Assembly: GCA_039096225.1 (NCBI GenBank)
Contig: JBBPEB010000011.1
Coordinates: forward strand, 806,001-870,000
Reading direction: 5' to 3'
Source: Blastocystis sp. Blastoise
Lineage: Eukaryota; Protista; Bigyra: Opalinata
DNA: 64,000 nt
Shown: in pieces, positions 49,701 through 64,000 of the stretch
Layout: every line of letters starts with the position of its first letter
Position numbering within the stretch: the first letter of the stretch is position 1
Notes under the pieces: generated by a model
Told to the model about the DNA's origin: nothing
Database searches by the model: none
The model's input: the letters and a program-made list of their open reading frames with translations, nothing else
Made by a program: the position numbers and the translations under genes

Positions 49701-51275
49701 TCAATAATCTATTAGAAGCTACCATAGCACGACATAGATCTACTTCTAAATTATTTCTTCTTTTTTCAGCAACTTCAAACGTTTCTTTAGGTGCTGTTTC
49801 TTCTTTATTCTTTCTTCTAAGACAATGTCTCTTACTCTTTATATGAGAATATATATGGCTGATGTTAGTATAATCTACTATCTTCTTGCATATGTTGCAA
49901 TATAAATCTTCATCTCTTTGTACAAAATAATTTCTGTCTTCAAATAGACTGCATCTATCATCAGTCATCATTCTTAATCTATCCTGAACCGTAATTTTTG
50001 TTTTTTTCTCTTTCTTTGATGCTATTGAAGGCTCATTTTCAGTAGATACGATATCTTCTTGTGTTTGGTTGCTAGGCAATTTACCAATTCTTTTATTGAG
50101 ACGTTCACTTCTTCTTGGTACTGTTGATGCCTTTGTTTTCTCTTTATTTCTCGTATTATTATTCTTTTCTTTCTTCGAGTTACTTTCTATATAAACATTT
50201 TATTTATTTTGCTGTATTTTATTATAGATTTTTATATACTTCTCTTTGTATGATTAACAGCCATTTTCTGTTATTTTCGACTCTATTCACACTGCTTATA
50301 TGTCTATTTAACAAATAGTTTAATAATACTATATTACTTTCTTTTTTGCCCCAAAATAATAAAATAAATGCGGGGAAATAAGATATTTGGCGCCATTTTT
50401 ATGTATATTTTTGGTGGTTTTTTAGTGCGTTTTTTCTTTATTTTTCTTTCTTCTTTTAATTATTATTTACTAATATATTTATTATGAATACATGATATTA
50501 TTCTTTCTTTTGTTTTATATTGGCTGAAAGTTAATTTTTTTTTTATAATTAGAAATAATAATTAGAAATAAATCACTGAACATAAAAACAACTATTTTTT
50601 TGTGTTCATTTCAAAAAGTCTCAAAATTTAAATATATTCATGATTAAATATTATATTTGAACCTAAAATTGAGATTATCTAAAACAGAGTTTTTTTGGTG
50701 GAAAATGTTAAAAAAGAGTGGACACAGAATCCACTTTTTTTCCATTCCCTAACTCCCATGTCTTCATCAGTAGGAAATCCTCCAGCAACAGAAATAATGA
50801 ATCGAATAGTTTCAGGAAATTTATCTGAATAAATATAAAAGATACATATTAAGTATAAATAAAAAAAACTTTAAAATAAATAACTAAACAAAAAAATATA
50901 AATATAAATATATATACGCTGTTGTTGTAAAGCAGCAATTACACAAGCAAGAGTACCTCCTTGAGAGAATCCAAGTATACCATCATAAGGACCATTTGTT
51001 GATATATAGTTCTTGACATAATCTAAAGTTTTATCAAGACCAACAGATTTATTGTTTTCAAAAAGCCACCAACCCTTACCTTTAGGAGGTTCTTCACCTT
51101 CTTTAATTTCAAAACGATCGAGAACTGTAGCTTCAAAAGGACCATCCAAAAAATCTAACGTAGCTACATTCTTCAGTTTTCTCTTGAGAGCAGCAATTCT
51201 CGTTTTAAATACATAAGAATCTTGAAGATATCCATGAAAACATAGTATTCGTACCTTAGAAACAGCAGAACTCAT
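46756..51275 (-). CDS. Serine hydrolase of the FSH1/OVCA2 family, 4 exons, with a hAT transposon inserted at the intron-2 donor
   Basis: RILCFHGYLQ and GPYDGILGFSQG (catalytic Ser) precede the element. PSLIIYGSTDQVV (Asp) and HEGGHFLP (His) follow it, at ~47067-46985 and ~46879-46756. Confidence 0.9.
47155..50751 (-). mobile_element. Apparently autonomous hAT transposon, 3597 bp, 21-bp TIRs, 8-bp TSD ACTCCCAT
   Basis: TAGGGAATGGAAGAAAAGTGG and (rc) TAGGGAATGGAAAAAAAGTGG. ACTCCCAT at 47147-47154 and 50752-50759. Encodes a transposase. Confidence 0.95.
47649..50264 (-). CDS. hAT transposase (spliced, no obvious lesions)
   Basis: N-terminal Zn finger LYCNICKK...HIKSKRH. Catalytic motifs IFVDSTTD, FTSDNA, CICH, TRWSS and SNTPAERLFS...RSNL (hAT C-terminal dimerisation region). 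Two GT-AG introns join ATG 50264 to the stop at 47649 in frame. Confidence 0.9.
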
Positions 51276-51779
51276 TTTTATTCAAATAACTCTATATTTA
51301 ATTCTAATAGAATAGCATTAAAAAGAAATTATTTTTGGAAATATTCAGTTTTGACAAACTTTATTATGAAATTATTTTAAGATTCTTTAAGGTTGTTTAA
51401 AATAGTTTTCATGTTTTGTTTTACAAAAAAAAAAGTAGGTCATTCAACTATTCATAAACTAAGCTAAAAAAATATATAAATTCATGTTTTTAAATGTTTA
51501 TTTTAGATTATGATATACAAGTAGGATAAAATATATAAAAGTGAAATGTTTTTATGAAATATATGAAAACATTTTGAGATATAGATATATATATAAAGCA
51601 GAAGATAAAGAAGAGCATAGAATCAAAGTTACATTAGAATATAAAGAAAAAGTAAAGAGGAAGAAAAAAATAATAAATAAAATATTTGTAATGTTGATTT
51701 TGTTTTATATTGTATATATATATATAATATATATAATATACGTATAGAAATATAGTTTTCTTCTTTTTAATTTTTCATT

Positions 51780-52899
51780 TTACTTCTTAGCAGCTAAACT
51801 GTAATATTTGGATTGTTTTAATTTCTTTTCAATAAGCATAATACCATATAAAAATCCTTCAGCGGTAGGGGGACAACCAGGAACATAAACATCTACAGGA
51901 ATAACACGATCAACACTATATATATATACATATAGAATAAAAGAAGAAATGAAAGATATAAAGATATTCTATAATGTATGGATAATAAATTCTAGAAAAG
52001 AAGAAGAAAATAAAATGTAAATATATTTAAAATCTTATTTATATGAATAGATGATATAGTTAATAAAAAAAATATATATATATATATATAAATGAATAAA
52101 ATCATATAAATAGAGAATAACTATATACCCTCTAGTAACAGAATAAGAATAATGATAATAACCACCACTATTAGAACAGGATCCCATCGACATAACATAA
52201 CGAGGTTCAGACATTTGATCATATAACTATATATATATACATGATATAGTATTTTATGTATATTAAATATAATAAGATATAAAAATATAATAAGATATAA
52301 AAATATAATAAAATATAAAAATATAATAAATAAAAATTAACATAAAAAAGTATAAAATAAACATATATATATAAACGTCTAACAGCAGGAGCCATTTTAT
52401 TTGTAACAGTACCAGAAATAATCATAAGATCAGATTGACGAGGACTATATATATGATTATTTATATTTATAAAATGAAGTAATTAAATTAAAACTTACGT
52501 AGCACGAGGAATCATACCTAATCTTTCAAAATCGTAACGAGCAGAAGAAGCCTAAATATAGATATTAATTATTATATTAAAATATATGTATATTGATACA
52601 TCAATCATTTCCATAGCACAACAAGCAAGACCGAAAGTGAAGGGGAAGAGAGAACCAGCTCTACAATAACCGATAACTCTATCTAAACTTGTAAGGGCAT
52701 AATCAACACCAGCTCTGACTTTTTCTCCACCAGTGACAGGAGTGTTATTCATATAATTTCTTCCTTGATGAGTACCAAAAAGTTCAGAATTATTGAAACT
52801 GAAGTTGTGAGAAGCAGTAAGAGCTTTAGTGCTATTCTTAGCAGCAATGTTGCAAAGAGGAGCAGCAAATTTATAAGAAGAACTTAAGACCTTTTGCAT
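51780..52899 (-). CDS. NDUFS7: NADH:ubiquinone oxidoreductase PSST subunit (NDUFS7/NuoB), nuclear-encoded with presequence
   Basis: [64 protein letters not shown] and [13 protein letters not shown]. Confidence 0.95.
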
Positions 52900-53351
52900 G
52901 TTATATAAGTTATGAAAATGGTATGAACCAAAAACAACAGAACTCTTTAAGTCAAAAGAATATGAAATGAATCGCCTAAGGAGATATGGATAAACGCTGG
53001 AGAAAAACCTCGGGTTTCCGGTCTTTCTTGTTTATTTTCATAAGAAAAAATGAATTTTTGCGTTTACTTAAAAAGATATTTATGATTATTTAGAAAAGTA
53101 TTTTTTGGTTTGAAATAATCTTGGGGAACTATTAACTTTAAAAAAAAACAAGAAATAGGAGAGTATGATATAAATACGAAGCAAAAGAAGTGACAAAAGA
53201 TATACAACAATAATATACATGACAGAAGCAAAAAAAAAAAGCAACAAGAAAGAAGAAACAATACATCAAAAGAATGAAAAAGTGAAAATTTTGCTAATAT
53301 GAAGAAAGAGCAGCTGATTCATTATTAGAAAGTTTAAAGTAATTAGTTTAT

Positions 53352-55026
53352 TTACATAGTACCAAGTTTCTTCTGTTTTTCTCGAGGAAATGCCTCAAAT
53401 TGGATACTAAATATCAAGAAAACGATAATAAAGAAATGGATATAGAAGATATGTATAGAGAAAAAAGATATATTAATTCAAAATAATGGTATAAAGAATA
53501 ATATAAATAAAGAATACTAATATTAACTAAATAAAAAATAAAATACAATTCGTAATTCATATGTTCATCAATATCCATAATGGCTGCTAAGTTGTCACAC
53601 CTATAACAATAATTAGGTGCGCTAAAGATAGTAACTACATTCATATCATGTGTCCAACTATATCCCTATATATGAATTATTCATTAAATAAATAAATAAT
53701 AATATATATATAAAGAAGATACTATTAAAATTTAATTAATAATAATTTATATATATATAAAGAAGATAATATTAAAAATAAAAATAATAATATATATATA
53801 TAAAGAAGATAATATTAAAAATAAAAATAATAATATATATATATAAAGAAGATAATATTAAAATAATAATAATATTAATAATAAAAAGAATATGAAAATA
53901 GATACATTATTTTGTAATTGATGTGCTCTAGCAATACATTTCAAATGGTTTGTATGATTAAATTGTTGACTTATATCTTTTCCAAATATATACCCCACTC
54001 CTCGAGGAGATTCATCCCAGCCTTCACAATTATCCGGATCTGACCATAATATATCACTTATTATACCTTCGTTAATAGTTAAGAAATATTATAAAATTTA
54101 TAGAATAGACATAAAAGGATTTAATATGTAATACAATGACATGTTTATTGTTAATATATATAATATATATATTCTTTCTTAATGTATTAATTGTATGAAA
54201 TAATCAGAAAAATATTTAATCAGAAAATTATTTAATAAAAAAAAATAATAATAATAAGGATATATGAGGTATTTCTTGAACTCGATCCAATAGTTGTAAT
54301 TGATCAATAGATTGAATATGAGGAGAAAGACCGGCATGTACTGCAAATATAGAAGAGTCAATAACACTTCCTAAAGGTAAATAATCAAATAAATCAGTAA
54401 TAGATTTCCAAGCATTCACATTCCCAAATTTACGTAAACATTCGTCATAAAAGCCATATCTATTTGAAGTATATACAATTATAGAAGAATATAGAATAAT
54501 CATAATGAATAAAAAGGAATATATATATATATAATAGAAATACGCTTGTGTGATTTGTCTACATTCATGATTTCCTCTTAATATATATACTTTAGTAGGA
54601 TATCGTATTTTTAATAAGAATAACAATGTTACTGTTTCTACCTATAAAAAGAATTATATATTATACATATAATAATAAAAATGATGATTATTATAACCAA
54701 AATAATAAACATAATAAGCAAGAATAAATAAATATATATACAGAATAAAGACCACGATCAACATAATCTCCAAGAAATAAATAATTAACATCAGGACACT
54801 TTCCTCCAACTTTGAAAAGTTCTAAAACATCATAGAATTGACCATGAACATCACCACAAACAGTTATTGGTGTTTGAATCGGTTGAATATTCTGTTCTTT
54901 AATAAGAATTTCTTTTGCTTTGCTACATATTTTCTCAATATCTTTCTCTAATAATATATTACAAGAACTCACTGTATTAAACCATTCTTCAATCTCATTG
55001 GTATCTTCACACTTTTTTTCAATCAT
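53352..55026 (-). CDS. PP2A-like (PP2A/PP4/PP6 group) Ser/Thr phosphatase catalytic subunit; contains an AT-AC intron; extreme C-terminus uncertain
   Basis: GDVHGQ, GDYVDRG, RGNHE, EIPH|[16 protein letters not shown] and [15 protein letters not shown]. Confidence 0.92.
54071..54263 (-). other. U12-type (minor spliceosome) AT-AC intron in the phosphatase gene
   Basis: 5' ATATCCTT, branch TTCTTAAC, 3' AC. Removal restores the conserved EIPH-EG. Confidence 0.92.
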
Positions 55027-55482
55027 ATTATTTCTCAAGAACAAAAGCTTTGAGAAATTCTGTATGTATAAAATACAAATATATGACTGAAGTGTTTTTA
55101 TCAACAAAAACAATAAAGTGTATATAAATGTGTAGAATTCCTGGATTCCCATGAATACTCCTTTTTGAGTTCTTTCAATTCTAAAGAATATCTACTATTT
55201 TAAAAGTGAAGTTGTAGAAAAATTCTTGATTATTAGTTTGAGTGTTCTAAGGAATTCCGCGATTCTTATTTATTTTACACCTAAACAGTCACTTTTCACA
55301 TTTTTTGATTGGGTGTTTCTCCAAAAAGATGATTTCTTTTCCCTAAATAATATTTATCTCTATTTAAATTCTGTTTATAGAGTATATATTCTACATTATT
55401 TATATTTTTATTTTATTCTAAACTTCTATTTAATCGAATTAAAACAAAATATAGATTTTCTTCTGTGGATTAAGACAATATC

Positions 55483-59938
<4,456 letters not shown>

Positions 59939-60450
59939 ATAAAAAGTTTATTTCATTCTTTCTTATATATATGTATATATTTTTTTTATATAATTTCTTA
60001 TATATATATGCTATAATAATATCATTAATGATTTCTTTCTATTTAACTTAAATATATATTGTAATATAAGTATTTATCTAAAATAAAATATTTATTTAAA
60101 AATTCTCTTCTTTTTTCTATTTTATAACTTCAATTATTTTTATTGTTTTTTAAAACTACTGTCTGTAAACCATAAATTATAATTATAATCTATATACACT
60201 TTATTATATTAACTATTTTTGTTCTGTAAATTAAAATATATAGAAGATTTCTTATTTTTTTTATATTTAAACAATTATTTTCAGATGCATTATAAAATGA
60301 TAGAGAATAACACTAAACAAAAACATAAGAAAAGAATTAATTAAAAAAAAATATTATTATAAAAATATGAATCTAACACTATAATGAATCAATAATAGCA
60401 TGCATATATTTAAAAAGATCACAAACTAAAGACAAGATAAAATTCATGAT

Positions 60451-60765
60451 CTATAATTGAGAAATAGCATTACAAAGTAAACCAGTACTGAAATGTTTAC
60501 ATAATAAATTGAAAATCTTTAAGAATCTACCATTATTTTGTGGAACAGCAAGATACTGATAGATTAATGTATATAATTTAACTGCATCGTTTTGATTAAA
60601 ATAATTGATTGTATTTTCCAAATCCATCTCAGGAATTCTTTGCATTAATTCACTTATATCTTTACTCAGTGCTAAATAATTAGGAGCAGAAATTAATGTA
60701 TCTAGACTTTGAGCGTACTCTCTACGATCAAATAATATTTTAGAGTTTTGAACAGCAGGATCCAT
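60451..60765 (-). CDS. Probable divergent Arp2/3 complex subunit 5 (p16-Arc)
   Basis: 104-aa helical ORF. The pattern DLENTINYFNQNDAVKLYTLIYQYL...FLKIF...TGLL resembles ARPC5 DIEKAVQSLD...LMKYIYKGF...LLQWH...GVGSI. Recognised by eye only. Confidence 0.5.
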   Translation of the reverse strand: MDPAVQNSKILFDRREYAQSLDTLISAPNYLALSKDISELMQRIPEMDLENTINYFNQNDAVKLYTLIYQYLAVPQNNGRFLKIFNLLCKHFSTGLLCNAISQL

Positions 60766-61504
60766 CGATAATATATGTAATAATACACTTTTAATTATAA
60801 AAAGATATTTAAAAAATAAAATCACAAAACAAAAGTAGATTTTCATTCACAATAATCATATTTTATTGGGAATGTTTTTTTATTTGCATTTAAATTATTT
60901 CTTCGTGTAGTAGAATATCTCTTGTTGTTTTCTCCATACCTATATACATCCTAGAATACTGCTCATTAATTAAAAACGAGATTTTTATAATATAAGATAT
61001 TAACGATGGATTTAGTTTTGATTCTTCAGCTAAATCTTATGTTTTTCTATGTCCAGTCTATTTTATATTATTTTGTTTTTCATAATATATATGATTCCAT
61101 TGAGAATAATGTTTCTAGTTGACTGATTTGAAAGTACAAAAGGTGATAAAGAGTTATTTATAATTCATTTGTGAATACAATGTCAGAATAAAGGAGGAAT
61201 GTTTCTGAGATGAATCATTCCATATAACAAAACAAATAGCATTTTTTTAATATAGAAAAAAAACAGTTACAAAAATTAAAAAACCGAAAAAGTACAACTA
61301 TATTAAGTATACAATAAATAATAGACAAAATATATTTATAATTGATCAATATAGAGATAAAAGAAAAATATCCCATTAATGTAACTATCTTATAGAAAGA
61401 ATATATAAAATATATATAGATATATAGAACTAATATATGTATATATATATATTCTATCTATTATGATAAAATATAAAATTATTATAAATCTATATATATA
61501 ATGA

Positions 61505-64000
61505 TTATTCTTGTGATTGTATACCAATTATATAATTACGATCAAAAGAATTTAATGTATCATTTCTTGCATAGAATAGTAGACACGTAGATTCATTAAC
61601 CATAGTATTTATATTTACAATAGATATACGTGTATCACTTACATATATACATTGATGATTCATCTCATTAAAATAATCTATATATCTTGCTGTATAATGA
61701 CCTCCTTGAGCACCTCCTGTATGTTCACTTGTAGCTATTAAAGTATATAATTTTATATCTGTGCAATGAGGAGATACATAACGACTTATATTAAAATCAA
61801 TTAATGGAAAATCAATTATTTTTGTATTTTTTTGTATATGGTGATTTGAATAATAATTTCTTGGTATATAAATGATTAATATTTCTGGACATTTGGTGAT
61901 TAACTTTATAAAATGATGTAAACATGTCTGACTACATTGATCACAGGTACTATATATTATTATATTTGTTATCATTATTATTATATTTATTATTATTATT
62001 ATTATTATTATATTTGTTATCATTATTATCATAATTATTATTATAGAATTGTAATATAATATTTAAAATACTAATAAAAACAATAATATAGAATAAATAA
62101 TAATATCATTATTATACTAAATAAAATAATTAATAATAATAAAATATATATACCAAATAGTATCAAAAGCAAATGTTTGTTGAATAATATTATCGGGTGA
62201 AAGATGTTTCATACATATATCAGTATTACCTTCAATTTCTTTATATTGTTTTTCAGGAGGTTCTATCATCCCTTGATCTAATAATTCTTTAACAAAACGT
62301 GTTCCTTGTTGAATTACATTCATTGATTTCTTTAATATAGTATTTAAATTTCTATCTCCATTTCGATCAAAATGTTTCGATGTTTTATAAGTAAGAATAT
62401 TATGTGTTATATATATAAATTTATGTATGTTTTTAATATTATTAACTATAGATATAGTACCATTGATCATATAATAAGGAAATGAAAATAAACATATTAT
62501 TGAAAATTGCATTGAAGAATATGCTATTTCATATGCAGAAGAAGAAGAAGAAGAAGAAGAAGAAGAATTAGAATTAGAATTAGAAGAATTAGAAGAAGAA
62601 ATACCAAGAATATCGGTAGTAGATGAAGGTAATGAACAAAATATAGAAGAAGAAGTATCATTATTAGTAAATAGAGGAGTCACATTAGTATATTGAGTAG
62701 ACATACAATTATATAACCATTTTGATGGAAATAAATACAAACTTGGTTCTTTTCCTTCTATATATATAGATATATAGACATATTAATTATATAAGTATAT
62801 ATAAGTTTATTATATATATATACGATTCAAACAATCAGTAATATTAAATATATCAAGAATTGGATATATAAAAGAAAATAATTCAGTTTGGTTCATATTA
62901 GGATTTATAAAGAGAAGAAATGGATCAATAATCGTGGTTATTTCCTTTTTTGTACTGATAAATGTTGTTTCTTTCTTTTGGAAATGAAAGAAACAAGGAT
63001 AATAAGTAGTATATAGAGCATCAGGTATATATCTAAATTCAGGATAACCATACTATATAATAATAATAATAAACATATATATATATACTTGTTCCATATT
63101 ATAAGCAGCTATATAACAATCAGAATATGTTTTATTCTGAATATTAGTTTCAGCATCATCTAAATATGTCTGAATTAATTCTGAAGAATTAATAATATCA
63201 TACTATATAAAAATATATTTTTATATAATATTTATATATTAATTATATATAATATATACTATACTTATTAAATAAATAAATAAAAAGCATATATATATAT
63301 ACTAAATAAATAGATTTCTGAATAATTGTCACTTTAACAAGAATAATATATCTTTTATCTACATGAATAACGGCGGATAATCGTGATAATAAGACATTAA
63401 AAGTAGACGATATATCAATATATATAGGAATGGGATTAGCTACTAAGGAATAACTATATCCATTAGAATTCTTAAAAAAAAACTGACTCATTACATTCAC
63501 GGGAATTACTACATTTTCAGTAGCAAATGAGCAAATTAACATGGTTGACATCTCACTGGTTATTGACTGGATATAATAATAAATAGAATAATAATGAGAA
63601 TATATATATATATACAGAATGATTACAGTGTGTACATTTCTTTTCTATAACAGTATTCATAGAAAAAAGATCAATAATCCCACGGGAATCAGGTATATCT
63701 GAAGGAGAATGAGGTATTTCTTCAAATAATGTTAATAAATTACACTATAATTATAGTATAGAATATAATATTATATAGATACAAGGAATTCACTAGAATC
63801 ATTTTGAGAATGATATCGAAACCGCGGGAATCGATGACAAAAAACAGAAGAAAACGGTTGTAGTATAGTTTTAGAATCATATTCTATATATAGGAAATGA
63901 TGTATATATGAAATATTAATAATAATAATAATATTATTATTATATATATACTGTCATTAAAATGGATATGATAGAAATAAAATGCAATAAGAAGAAGGGC
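61505..64000 (-). CDS. Ubiquitin-specific protease (peptidase C19), 3' part; 5' end lies beyond the window
   Basis: SQNDSSEFL box, CTHC and CDQC Zn-ribbon halves, PEILIIYIPR, IDFPL, YTLIATSEHTGGAQGGHYTA, VSD and LLFYAR. Confidence 0.88.

Noticed and set aside
49394-49846. 150-aa plus-strand ORF
   Set aside because: Antisense shadow of the hAT transposase exon.

Overview
Very AT-rich, intron-dense eukaryotic nuclear DNA, not prokaryotic. The gene content (nuclear NDUFS7, cobalamin adenosyltransferase, bacterial-type Fe-ADH, BTB/TLDc and discoidin/Ig-like surface proteins) is compatible with an anaerobic gut stramenopile such as an AT-rich Blastocystis relative; that assignment is inference only. 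By manual splicing I can reconstruct 14 host protein genes and 2 tRNAs. There are five DNA-transposon insertions with terminal inverted repeats (TIRs) and target-site duplications (TSDs), about 16.4 kb or a quarter of the window: two MULE/foldback-like, one non-autonomous hAT, one apparently intact hAT and one 8.7-kb CACTA. Most short ORFs in the supplied track are microsatellite artefacts. Highlights: (1) unusual splicing, with TA-repeat-bounded introns (one is purely GT(AT)39AG), apparent AT-AG, CT-AA and TT-AG introns in conserved genes, and three U12-type ATATCCTT introns; (2) an intact hAT whose TSD duplicates a host splice donor so the whole element could be spliced out; (3) a Bro-N-like domain fused to C2H2 zinc fingers; (4) a recurrent TTCCCGYG motif, mostly in exons; (5) transposons sitting just upstream of both tRNA genes.
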